Of a DNA stretch of 64,000 nt, positions 51,193 to 62,730 are shown in pieces. The translations under genes were made by a program, and so were the position numbers. This DNA comes from an uncultured Verrucomicrobiae bacterium. Its GTDB lineage: Bacteria > Verrucomicrobiota > Verrucomicrobiia > Limisphaerales > Palsa-1400. The first letter of the stretch is position 1; each line of letters opens with the position of its first letter. The notes beneath the pieces are model-generated. The model was given only the letters and a program-made list of their open reading frames with translations. It did not search any database and had not been told where the DNA came from. The DNA is taken from assembly GCA_963702845.1 (NCBI GenBank), contig OY969763.1, forward strand, positions 2,560,001-2,624,000, read 5' to 3'.

Positions 51193-52050
51193 TTAGGACC
51201 TTGCGGTCTTTACTAACGACCGTAATGCGCTGAGGTTTTCCACGTCTTCTTTGAGGTCTTTGCCTTTTGGGGTTTCCAAGCAGCCGGGTGTGTTTTTGAA
51301 ACGAGCGTCGTTTACGATGTGTTTGAAACCTGCGCGGCCGATCTTCCCCTGCCCTATGTGCGCGTGACGATCAACGCGTGAACCCAAGTCGGTTTTGGAA
51401 TCGTTGAGGTGAAAGGCCAAAATCTGCTTGCGACCGATAAGTTTTTCGATGTCCCCCATCGCTCCATCCCAACCTTTTGGCGTGCGGACGTCATAACCAG
51501 CAGCGAACAAGTGGCAGGTGTCGATGCATAAGCCGAGGCGCTCTGGCTTGTCAACACCATCAAAAATCTCCGCGAGGTGTTCGATCCGATTGCCGAAACA
51601 GGAGCCTTGCCCCGCTGTATTTTCTAATGCAATCCGAACATTGGCATCGTGCGTGGTAGTGAAGACTTCGTTCAAGCCTTCAATCACTTGCTTGAATCCG
51701 TGCGCCTCGCCCGCTCCGAGGTGTGCACCCGGATGCATTACGAGAAAAGGAACTTCGAGCAGATCTGCAATTTGGATTTCCTGAATGAGCGACTGCAGGG
51801 ACTTGTCGCGATTTGGTGAAGGATCTGCGGCCAGATTGATGAGATAACCGGTATGCCCGAAAATTTTTGCGAACTTGTACTGCTTTTTGGCGCGTGCGAA
51901 TTCGTCAATTTCCGATTGAACCGGCAGGCGCCCCATCCATTGCATGTTGTTTTTGACGAAGATCTGGATGACCTCGCAATTGACCGAAGAGCCGCGTTCG
52001 AGGGCGCGCCAGTATCCGCCTGCAGTCGAACAATGCGCGCCGAATTTCAT
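51193..52050 (-). CDS. nfo: Endonuclease IV
   Basis: GAHCSTAGG, HTGYLINLA, HPG, LENTAGQG, DTCHLFAAGYD, HLNDSK, DRHAHIG, LETP. Confidence 0.95.
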   Translation of the reverse strand: MKFGAHCSTAGGYWRALERGSSVNCEVIQIFVKNNMQWMGRLPVQSEIDEFARAKKQYKFAKIFGHTGYLINLAADPSPNRDKSLQSLIQEIQIADLLEVPFLVMHPGAHLGAGEAHGFKQVIEGLNEVFTTTHDANVRIALENTAGQGSCFGNRIEHLAEIFDGVDKPERLGLCIDTCHLFAAGYDVRTPKGWDGAMGDIEKLIGRKQILAFHLNDSKTDLGSRVDRHAHIGQGKIGRAGFKHIVNDARFKNTPGCLETPKGKDLKEDVENLSALRSLVKTARS

Positions 52051-52059
52051 CCGCAGAAT

Positions 52060-53256
52060 TTACAGCTTTTCCGGCGACTGTAACAGTTCGGCGATTCGGG
52101 CAAGCAAACGTCCGGCGGCGCCGCCGTCGAGCACACGATGGTCGAAGCTGAGGGTCAGATTTGCTTCCGTGACGGGAACGAATTGACCTTTCTTCTCATC
52201 CCAGCGCGGCACTTTCCGCCCAGCGCCTAAACCCAGAACGATCGTTTGTTCGGGGAGCGGAATCGGGGTGGCGAACGTCAGGCCAAATGTGCCGAAATTG
52301 GTGACTGTGGCAATCGAACCGCCAGTCGCGTCACTCGGGAGCCGACGCTGCCTAGCCATCTCAACTAATTCATTGTAACGAACCATCATGTCGCTCAGTG
52401 GCTTTTTATCGGCGTTGCGCAAGACAGGAACCAGAACGCCATCGGTCACTTCAACGGCAAAGCCGACATCGATCGCGGGCGGATGAACGATTTTATTTCC
52501 AACCAATCGACCAGCGGGTGCGCTATCTTCAGCCAATGCCAGGGCAAGAGCGCGCAAGGAGTAAAGAGCAGGCCCTGGTTTCAGCGTGTTTGTTTTGCGA
52601 TGAGCAAGTACTGCATCCAACGGAACAGGCAAAGCAACCGTCGCAAGTGGACGCGTCCAACTACGGCGCATCGCGTCAGCCACCGCCACGCGCATCGAAG
52701 AGGCACCTGTCAGTTTGTGCTTCTCAAGGTTTGAAATGAATTTCTCGAAGTCCTGGATAGTGACCCGTCCAGCCGCGCCACTGCCGGCGATTCCAGCAAG
52801 ATCTGCGGCATGCAAACCCAATTCGTGCATGCGAGCTTTCATGCGCGGCGACATGTAGCTAGCGCCGGCGGCATGCGCTGGAACAGGCAATCCGCGAACC
52901 GTTGGTTCGACATTCCTGCGGGCTTCGATGGTCCTCTCGACTACTTCGGTGTCATTACCGTTGGCCGGAGCAGTGGGTTGATGTTCACTCATCCCGAGGC
53001 GATCGGCGACTTCCTTTGTGACTTCTAAATATCCGAGTGTCGTGCCAACGGCATAACTCTCTTTCAACTTGACCAGCAACTTACCAACTTTCCCGGCGCA
53101 CGGCGACGAGACGTTCATGGTCGCTTTGTTGGTTTCAACTTCAATGATGTCCTGGTCGGCCGCGACGGTGTCGCCGACTTTAATCAAAAGGTTAACAACG
53201 GTCGCCTCGGCGATTGATTCGCCGAGCTGCGGCATGATGATGGGAACGTGACGCAT
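52060..53256 (-). CDS. 2-oxoacid dehydrogenase E2 acyltransferase
   Basis: Lipoyl domain MPQLGES...ETNKA, GSGAAGRVT, catalytic FDHRVLDG. Confidence 0.92.
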   Translation of the reverse strand: MRHVPIIMPQLGESIAEATVVNLLIKVGDTVAADQDIIEVETNKATMNVSSPCAGKVGKLLVKLKESYAVGTTLGYLEVTKEVADRLGMSEHQPTAPANGNDTEVVERTIEARRNVEPTVRGLPVPAHAAGASYMSPRMKARMHELGLHAADLAGIAGSGAAGRVTIQDFEKFISNLEKHKLTGASSMRVAVADAMRRSWTRPLATVALPVPLDAVLAHRKTNTLKPGPALYSLRALALALAEDSAPAGRLVGNKIVHPPAIDVGFAVEVTDGVLVPVLRNADKKPLSDMMVRYNELVEMARQRRLPSDATGGSIATVTNFGTFGLTFATPIPLPEQTIVLGLGAGRKVPRWDEKKGQFVPVTEANLTLSFDHRVLDGGAAGRLLARIAELLQSPEKL

Positions 53257-53257
53257 G

Positions 53258-54223
53258 TTAGGAGCGCAATAAGTTGCGGGCAGCCACAGCGATACTTCTA
53301 GCTGTCGGCCTATGGGTTGACCAAAGATTCGGGTGATACGGGATCGGCGTGTCTTTCGCGTTCAACCGTTGCGGAGGCACATCGAGCAGGCCGAATCCCT
53401 CGGTCGCAACGCGTGCGATGACTTCCGCGGTAACGCCGCCCCACGGCCAGGCTTCACCAACACAGAGCAGTCGACCGGTGCGCGCCACTGACGCCATCAC
53501 GGTGTCGGTATCGAGCGGTTTAATCGTGCGTAGATCGACCACTTCAATTTCGGTGCCTTCGCTCGCAAGTTCTTCGGCGACTGCCAAGGCTTCATGGAGC
53601 ATCGCGCTATAGGCGACGATGGTGAGGTCGCGACCGGCACGAGCGATGCGAGCTTTGCCAACGGGCATGGCTTCGGTCGGAAGTTTGTCGGCCTTTAAGT
53701 GGTAATATAAATATTTGTGCTCGCAGAAAATAACGGGGTCATCAATGGCTACCGCTTCAAGCAACATGCTGTAGGCGTCTTCAACGGTCGCAGGCGTCAT
53801 GACAATCACGCCGGGGTAATGCGCGTAAATCGCTTCCATGCTTTGGCTGTGGAAGGGACCGCTGCCGGATGTGCCGCCGGATGGGAGACGAATTGTAATC
53901 GGGCACGGAGTTTGCGTGCGCCAGTAAAGTGTCGCGGCGTGATTGATGATCTGATTGAAACCGGGCGTCGAAAAATCGGCGAATTGCATTTCAATGATTG
54001 GCCGCATTCCTTCAATCGCAGCGCCGATGGCAGCGCCGACCATTGCGTCTTCGCTGATGGGCGAATCGATGACGCGGCCGGGAAATTGCTCCGCGAGATT
54101 TTTTGTTGCTTTGAACGCACCGCCGAATGCGCCGACGTCCTGCCCGTAAATAAACACGCGAGGGTCATCGGCGAGAGCTTTCGCCTGCGCTTCGCGAATG
54201 GCTTCAAGGTAGGTGATGCTCAT
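53258..54223 (-). CDS. 2-oxoacid dehydrogenase E1 beta subunit
   Basis: GQDVGAFGG, SPISE, EMQFADF, GPFHSQS, VVDLRTIKPLD. Confidence 0.94.
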   Translation of the reverse strand: MSITYLEAIREAQAKALADDPRVFIYGQDVGAFGGAFKATKNLAEQFPGRVIDSPISEDAMVGAAIGAAIEGMRPIIEMQFADFSTPGFNQIINHAATLYWRTQTPCPITIRLPSGGTSGSGPFHSQSMEAIYAHYPGVIVMTPATVEDAYSMLLEAVAIDDPVIFCEHKYLYYHLKADKLPTEAMPVGKARIARAGRDLTIVAYSAMLHEALAVAEELASEGTEIEVVDLRTIKPLDTDTVMASVARTGRLLCVGEAWPWGGVTAEVIARVATEGFGLLDVPPQRLNAKDTPIPYHPNLWSTHRPTARSIAVAARNLLRS

Positions 54224-55263
54224 GGAATGTCGTTGGCCGGGCCTTCAAAACCTTCGCTCAAATGACGCGACGCAAGAGCGCACCAATTCTCGCGGTATGG
54301 GTCTGGAGTCGGCTCGCGTTGAACGATGGCCAGGGCGTCCTCGACTTTTCGGATCGCATCCAGACGCATTTGTTGAACGGCAGCGGTGTCAGCCCAGCTT
54401 TGTTGAAGCAAATATTCTTCAGCGACCTTGAGGCAATCACGGCCGATTGGTGAATTTTTTAGCCGTGCATCAATGTAATGCGCATCGTCGTGTTCGCCGT
54501 GTCCACAAAGACGAAGCAGTTTGGCAACGACCATTTGCGGCCCGCCACCTTCGCGCGCCTGTTTTACGGCAGTGCCCACGGTGTTCAGACAAGCCAGTAA
54601 ATCGGTGCCATCGACGTGATGAGCAGTGACGCCGTAGCCAACGGCTTTGTTGGTCAGATTGCTGCAAGCGAACTGCTTCGATGACGGAGTGGAATAGGCG
54701 TAATGATTGTTTGCAATGACTAACACGAGCGGCAGTTTTTCGACGGCGGCTTGATTGATGGCTTCGTGAAACGCGCCGGTGGAAGTTGCGCCTTCGCCAA
54801 TGCACGCTGCGCCGACCGCACCGGTAATTTTTTTGAAACGCTTGGCCATGAGCGCGCCGTTTACGACGGAAATCATTGCGCCAAGATGGCTGATCATTGC
54901 GAGATAACCTTCACGTGGACGGCCACGATGCACGTTGCCGTCGCGACCGCGCATCGGTCCAAGTGCTGAACCTAAGTAATTGCGCAAGGCGTCGATGACA
55001 GGTTCACCGAACGCAAGGCGTCCGGCACCATCGCGAATCAAAGGGGCGTAAACGTCGCCTTTGTGCAAAGCGAGTCCCAGGGCAACGCTCAAAGCCTCCT
55101 GCCCTTTACCAAGAAAAACTCCGCCATGGATTTTGCCGCCGCGATAGAGGCTGGCCAATTTTTCGTCCAGAACTCTGGACAAAATCATGAACCGAAACGC
55201 CTTCAAATATTCATCGCGAAGAGTGGAACCCACTGACTCACGGCTCTCCACTGTCTGCAACAT
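54220..55263 (-). CDS. 2-oxoacid dehydrogenase E1 alpha subunit
   Basis: GQEA, TPP motif GEGATSTG...NNHYAYSTP, VDGTD, RLCGHGEHDD. Confidence 0.93.
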   Translation of the reverse strand: MLQTVESRESVGSTLRDEYLKAFRFMILSRVLDEKLASLYRGGKIHGGVFLGKGQEALSVALGLALHKGDVYAPLIRDGAGRLAFGEPVIDALRNYLGSALGPMRGRDGNVHRGRPREGYLAMISHLGAMISVVNGALMAKRFKKITGAVGAACIGEGATSTGAFHEAINQAAVEKLPLVLVIANNHYAYSTPSSKQFACSNLTNKAVGYGVTAHHVDGTDLLACLNTVGTAVKQAREGGGPQMVVAKLLRLCGHGEHDDAHYIDARLKNSPIGRDCLKVAEEYLLQQSWADTAAVQQMRLDAIRKVEDALAIVQREPTPDPYRENWCALASRHLSEGFEGPANDIP

Positions 55264-55313
55264 ATCCTTATTTATCTAGGGTTTAGGGGTTTGGAGCAAT
55301 CCGTTTCTTTTGA

Positions 55314-56450
55314 CTAGCGCGCCGCCTCGACGCGAGCCCACGCGTCCGCCTCGAGAATTTGTTCCAGGGTTGGATGGTCCACCACCTTGTGGGAGCCCAT
55401 CACGCGCGACACGGTTTCTGTAATTTGCACAAAAGTTTTATGCCGATTGACGAACGCATCTACAGCAACTTCGTTGGCGGCATTCAATACTGCCGGCAAC
55501 GTCCCGCCAATCTCTCCAGCGTGGCGGGCCAATTTCAAAGATGGAAATCGATCTTCATCGGGTTCTTCAAAGGTCAATTGGCCGAGTTTGGCAAAATTCG
55601 TTTGCACGCGTTCGCTGGGCATTCGGTTTGGATAGGTCAACGCGTATTGGATGGGCAGGCACATGTCAGGCGTGGAAATTTGAGCGAGGATTGAGCCATC
55701 GACGAATTCGACCATCGAATGAACGATGCTTTGCGGATGGACGACGACCTTTACCCGGGCCATTTCGATATCGAACAGCCACCGGGCTTCGATCATTTCG
55801 AGTCCCTTATTAAATAGTGTGGCGGAGTCGATCGTGATCTTGTTACCCATGACCCACGACGGATGTTTAAGCGCGCGTTCGACGGTGATCGCTGCAAAGT
55901 CTTCTTTCGGAGTTTTGCGGAACGGACCGCCCGATGCGGTGAGCCACAATGCGCGAACGGAATCGGAAGGTTTGCCATCGAGGCATTGAAAAATTGCTGA
56001 ATGTTCGCTATCGACGGCTAGCACCTTCACACCGTGTTTGCGCGCCTCGTTCATGACAATCTCGCCGGCCATGACGAGGATTTCCTTGGACGCGATCGCG
56101 ATATCTTTTCCGGCACGAATGGCGGCGAGCGCTGGCTGCAGACCCGCGGTGCCAACGATGGCGATGAGCACGACATCGGCTTCGGGGAGCGTTGCCAATT
56201 TAATCAACCCTTCGTTCCCCGAATAGACCTCAACGCCCCCGCCAAGCGTTTGACGGAGCGCTTCCGCTTTCTTCGGATCGGCGACGGAAATGGCCTTTGG
56301 ACAATGACGCAACGTTTGCTTGGCGAGTAAATCAACCTGATTACCGGCACCAAGCCCGATCAGGCGGATTTTGTCCGGCAAATCCTCGGCGACTTTGACG
56401 GTGCTGGTGCCAATGGAACCGGTGGAGCCCAGTAGAACTACATTCTTCAT
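55314..56450 (-). CDS. dxr: 1-deoxy-D-xylulose-5-phosphate reductoisomerase
   Basis: LGSTGSIG, VDSEHSAIFQ, TASGGPFR, KITIDSATLFNKGLE, NAANE. Confidence 0.97.
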   Translation of the reverse strand: MKNVVLLGSTGSIGTSTVKVAEDLPDKIRLIGLGAGNQVDLLAKQTLRHCPKAISVADPKKAEALRQTLGGGVEVYSGNEGLIKLATLPEADVVLIAIVGTAGLQPALAAIRAGKDIAIASKEILVMAGEIVMNEARKHGVKVLAVDSEHSAIFQCLDGKPSDSVRALWLTASGGPFRKTPKEDFAAITVERALKHPSWVMGNKITIDSATLFNKGLEMIEARWLFDIEMARVKVVVHPQSIVHSMVEFVDGSILAQISTPDMCLPIQYALTYPNRMPSERVQTNFAKLGQLTFEEPDEDRFPSLKLARHAGEIGGTLPAVLNAANEVAVDAFVNRHKTFVQITETVSRVMGSHKVVDHPTLEQILEADAWARVEAAR

Positions 56451-57364
56451 GGATGAGTCAGCACGTGACGCAAATACAAATACATCAGGGGTGCATTGAA
56501 CAACAAACTATCGAGCAAGTCGAGAATCCCGCCAATCCCGGGAAAAAGCTGTCCCGAGTCTTTTAGACCCGCTTCGCGTTTAAAGAGCGATTCGATAAGG
56601 TCGCCAATGACCGCGGCAGCGCTGAGAATGACGCCCAAAATGATCGCGTGCTTCATCGTCATGCCATACAAATGAGAGCCGGCTAATTTCAGAAAAACCA
56701 CGCTTGCAATCGTTGAAACGACAATCGCACCACCAAAACCTTCCCACGTTTTACCAGGGCTGATGCGCGGAATCATTTTGTGTTTACCAATCAACGAACC
56801 GACGAGATACGCACCGCAGTCGCTGAACTTCGTGACGAGGATGAAATAAAGAACGTAATAATGGCCTTCAACGCCGGGGAAAAAGTTGATCTTTTGAATG
56901 AAGTTCAGCAGCCAGGCGACGTACATCAGTCCAAACAGTGTCGTTGAAATCGCCACCACACCGGCAGTCGTTTGCTTGGATACAAATTGGCGAACGCACA
57001 GGCCGAGCACGAAGAAAATCAGTAAACTCGTTTCGAAATCGTTTACTCGCCCAGGAGTTGAGTCTTTGCCAAGGCGCTGGGTGAAGAAGAGGAACGTCGC
57101 GCAAATCAGAAGCAGTCCGGCGAAAATTCCCCACTTGCTATAACAGGAGAGCCCCAGCTTGCGAACAATGCCGTAGAACTCGACCAATCCGGCCCACGTC
57201 AGCAGCGCCATGATGACGAGGAAGACAGAGTCGGAGATAAGCTTGTTCCCAGAGAACAGCGCGCCGAGCACAACCGCCCAGAGCACAACGAAACTCGTCA
57301 GACGGCGAAGGAAGACGACTCCCTTTGACGGCCCGGATTTTGATTGTGGAATTGACTCAGCCAC
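56447..57364 (-). CDS. cdsA: Phosphatidate cytidylyltransferase
   Basis: SDCGAY, ISPGKTWEG, GDLIESLFKR...KDSG...GGILD. Confidence 0.95.
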   Translation of the reverse strand: MAESIPQSKSGPSKGVVFLRRLTSFVVLWAVVLGALFSGNKLISDSVFLVIMALLTWAGLVEFYGIVRKLGLSCYSKWGIFAGLLLICATFLFFTQRLGKDSTPGRVNDFETSLLIFFVLGLCVRQFVSKQTTAGVVAISTTLFGLMYVAWLLNFIQKINFFPGVEGHYYVLYFILVTKFSDCGAYLVGSLIGKHKMIPRISPGKTWEGFGGAIVVSTIASVVFLKLAGSHLYGMTMKHAIILGVILSAAAVIGDLIESLFKREAGLKDSGQLFPGIGGILDLLDSLLFNAPLMYLYLRHVLTHP

Positions 57365-57425
57365 TGCGGAAGAAATTACCCGACTAAAGGAATGTGTCTA
57401 GCCTACAGTCTGTAGACATCAAAAA

Positions 57426-59567
<2,142 letters not shown>

Positions 59568-59777
59568 CGTGATTTGACGCACGGCGCAAAAAACGAATGC
59601 AGATGGATTTTTCATGAAACGTGAACGATTGTTCCTCGACGGGTTGTGCGGTGGAAAGATTCGAATGGGCTTCGGCCTCGCTATTGCAAGAAAGGCGCGG
59701 GAAACAATGGGCGGGAACATACAACTTGGATTAGAACCAGGCAAAAGGAGCCAGTTCTGCATTTAGCTACCAGCAGT

Positions 59778-60230
59778 ATGAAACCAAACTATTTGATCTT
59801 GGTCGTTGAAGATGACGACTCAGATTATTTCCTGCTCGAACGCGCGTTTCGAAAAAACAAAATAGAAAACCCGATTATCCGCGTAAAAGATGGTTTGGAA
59901 GGGTTGCATTATCTGCAAGGCTCCGGCGACTACACCGACCGCGAGAAATTCCCATTCCCTGACGTGATCATTCTCGATTTAAAAACGCCACGCATGTCAG
60001 GCCTGGAATTGCTGGCGTGGATTCGTGAACATCCGGAATGCCGGGTGATTCCAACTGTTATCATGAGTTCGTCGCAGCAGGAGTCGGACGTTTCCAAGGC
60101 TTACGAACTTGGAGCAAATACGTATTTCGTTAAACCGACCACGTTCGAAGACTTAATCCAATTGACGAAGACGATTCAGGATTACTGGTTCAAAGGACAA
60201 AGACCTGGCTTGAATAGAAAGGCGGGCTAA
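59778..60230 (+). CDS. Single-domain response regulator (Rcp1-like)
   Basis: ILVVEDD, ILDLKTPRMSG, AYELGANTYFVKP. Confidence 0.92.
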   Translation: MKPNYLILVVEDDDSDYFLLERAFRKNKIENPIIRVKDGLEGLHYLQGSGDYTDREKFPFPDVIILDLKTPRMSGLELLAWIREHPECRVIPTVIMSSSQQESDVSKAYELGANTYFVKPTTFEDLIQLTKTIQDYWFKGQRPGLNRKAG

Positions 60231-60240
60231 TCACGACTGC

Positions 60241-61365
60241 TTACGGGTTCGCGATTCCACGATAAAACGACCACGGCACGGCATTCGTATCCACCACTAG
60301 AAACGGCGACGGATTGGTCAGCATCGGAATCCAATCCAGAAGATTGCTCGATGCCTGCACGACGTAATTCGTTCCGGCGGTTCCAGTGACGTTGAATTGA
60401 AAATGTCCGCCATTGAATTGGCATGAAGACAACGTGGCATGGGTAATCGGCAGTGAACTCAAAAACAAATCCGACAAGTCGGTAGCATTTGCGGCATCGC
60501 CCAGATAAGGCCGGACGTCGAAAATGTTCTGAAACGTGCGCAGCAACGAACTGTGTGTGTAATGAATTGTGTTGGAATAATTATTTTTACTGAGCGGCGA
60601 CAAAATCATACAACCAATCGGACCATCGCTCGTCCCTGCCCCTTCATCCCAGACGATCACGACCATGCCGTTGTTGGTGTAAGCGCTCGACTTGAAAATA
60701 GCCGGCAAGTTGTTCGCCAGCCAGGTGTCGCCAGTTAGAAGTTTGTTCGTGCTGCCACAACCACTGCTGTTGTGCATGTCACTGCACAGGTTCGGAACGA
60801 CCCAGTTGAACCGCGCGACCGTGCCGTTTTGCAGGTCGGTCGCCAATTGAGAATACGGGCGCACGTTCGAGGTACACGTTGCCGAGTTGGCGTTGTTCGT
60901 GTTCGTGACATCGTAAAAATAAACGATTGGATTGTGGCGCGGCACGTAAAGATTGGTGTTCGCAAGCGGACAATTACATCCGCAGATATCTTCGTCGTAA
61001 GAACGCCAGGAAATTCCGGCAGCTTTTAAATATGCGCACAAGTGATTGGTCGTGCTCTGCCCGCCAGTTGACGGAAGAATATCCGACGTAATTCCAAAAT
61101 TTGTGCCGGCCTCCAGCCAAAGATAATTCGGCAAGCTCGGGTGCATGGTGGGCGGATTGTAGTATTGCTCCGCATGAGCGCCACTGGTCAGAAGCGTGTT
61201 ATTGATATATGGGGCGTTAGGACTGCCTTTGATCGATGACCAGTTGTAGTTCTCCATCGGGATGATGAAGACTGTCTGAACGGATTGGAGGACCGTAGCA
61301 GCATGTGAACACACGGTCACAACAAGCATGAGTAAGAACGAGCTGAGACGTAAGGGCGCGGTCAC
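60241..61365 (-). CDS. Secreted phosphoesterase (acid phosphatase/PLC family) with a C-terminal domain common in Verrucomicrobia
   Basis: IPMEN, HPSLPNYL, RHNP, PNLCSDMH, VWDEG, HSSLLRT; tail FQFNVTG...YVVQASSNLLDW. Confidence 0.88.
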   Translation of the reverse strand: MTAPLRLSSFLLMLVVTVCSHAATVLQSVQTVFIIPMENYNWSSIKGSPNAPYINNTLLTSGAHAEQYYNPPTMHPSLPNYLWLEAGTNFGITSDILPSTGGQSTTNHLCAYLKAAGISWRSYDEDICGCNCPLANTNLYVPRHNPIVYFYDVTNTNNANSATCTSNVRPYSQLATDLQNGTVARFNWVVPNLCSDMHNSSGCGSTNKLLTGDTWLANNLPAIFKSSAYTNNGMVVIVWDEGAGTSDGPIGCMILSPLSKNNYSNTIHYTHSSLLRTFQNIFDVRPYLGDAANATDLSDLFLSSLPITHATLSSCQFNGGHFQFNVTGTAGTNYVVQASSNLLDWIPMLTNPSPFLVVDTNAVPWSFYRGIANP

Positions 61366-61437
61366 AAGTCAATGGCCAACGATATATCATCCCGTTGCGC
61401 GAACCACGACCACAAAATTCAGGATTCAGCCCAAGCG

Positions 61438-62604
61438 TCAACCGCGATCGTCAGTGATCAGTGATGCTTTGACGCGCGCCGAGAGAATTTTCCGCGAAGG
61501 CGTGTAGTTCGCAATGAACTCCCGTCGAAAATCTCCGAACGTCCCCGCCGCCAAATGAGCGCGCATGTCGGACATAACGTTCAAATACATGTGGGAGTTA
61601 TGAACGCTCACAAGACGCAAACCGAGAATTTCATTCACATTGAGCAGGTGGCGAACGTAAGCGCGCGTGAAATGCTGGCAGCAGAAACAGGTGCAATCGG
61701 CTTCAATTGGAGTGAAATCTTTTTTGTAGGATCCGCCTTTAATGCTCACTGCGCCCTTTTTAGTGAACGCAGTTCCATTTCGGGCAACGCGAGTCGGCAG
61801 CACGCAATCAAACATGTCCACACCACGCGCGACCAACTCCACCATTTGCGCAGGTGTGCCGAGCCCCATTGCGTAACGGGGTTTGTTCGCCGGAAGAAAT
61901 GGTTCGGTTAGTTCAACGGCTCGCATCATTTCAGGCTCAGGCTCGCCCACGCTAACACCGCCAATAGAGTGACCGTCAAAATCCATCGCCACGATCTCTT
62001 TTGCGCAATGTTCGCGCAACTGCGGATTCACCCCACCCTGACAAATGCCGAAAACGAACTGCCCCTTGGCGCGAGGTTGTACGCGGCATTCTTTTGCCCA
62101 GCGGATCGTGCGTTCAACGGCTTCTTGTTGCATTTTCGCCGGCGCGTCATGCGCAGGGCATTCATCAAAACACATTGCGATATCCGAGCCGAGAATGCGT
62201 TGGATCTCCATCGCTTCCTTAGGTCCAAGAAAGAGCGCAGACCCATCCAGGTGCGACCGAAACTCCACTCCGTGCGCCTTTACCTTCCGGATTTTTGCGA
62301 GGCTGAAAACCTGGAATCCGCCGCTATCCGTCAAGATCGGCAGGGGCCAATTCATGAACTGATGCAAGCCGCCGGCTTCGCCGATGATCTCCATGCCGGG
62401 GCGGATGTTCAGGTGATACGTGTTTCCCAAAATGATCTGCGTGCCCATCTCGCGCAGTTCGCGAGAGTCGAGCGCCTTCACACTCGCTTGCGTGCCGACC
62501 GGCATAAAGACCGGCGTCTCGATCGTTCCGCGCGTGGTGTTGATACGTCCAAGCCGCGCCTTCGATGAGGTATCAGTTTTTAATAATTGGAAAAATTCAG
62601 TCAT
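61438..62604 (-). CDS. tgt: tRNA-guanine transglycosylase
   Basis: TPVFMPVGT, NTYHL, TDSGGFQVFSL, DMFDCVLPTR, C-x-C-xx-C zinc site. Confidence 0.97.
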   Translation of the reverse strand: MTEFFQLLKTDTSSKARLGRINTTRGTIETPVFMPVGTQASVKALDSRELREMGTQIILGNTYHLNIRPGMEIIGEAGGLHQFMNWPLPILTDSGGFQVFSLAKIRKVKAHGVEFRSHLDGSALFLGPKEAMEIQRILGSDIAMCFDECPAHDAPAKMQQEAVERTIRWAKECRVQPRAKGQFVFGICQGGVNPQLREHCAKEIVAMDFDGHSIGGVSVGEPEPEMMRAVELTEPFLPANKPRYAMGLGTPAQMVELVARGVDMFDCVLPTRVARNGTAFTKKGAVSIKGGSYKKDFTPIEADCTCFCCQHFTRAYVRHLLNVNEILGLRLVSVHNSHMYLNVMSDMRAHLAAGTFGDFRREFIANYTPSRKILSARVKASLITDDRG

Positions 62605-62730
62605 TTACGTGCGCTTCTAACAAAAGCCTATTGAGCATGACGGAAGACATTTTAAAAAACGACCATTTCGTTGCAGGTTGCGAAACCAACGATGCCGCGG
62701 CCAACCAATGATACAGGCCAGGATACAGGG

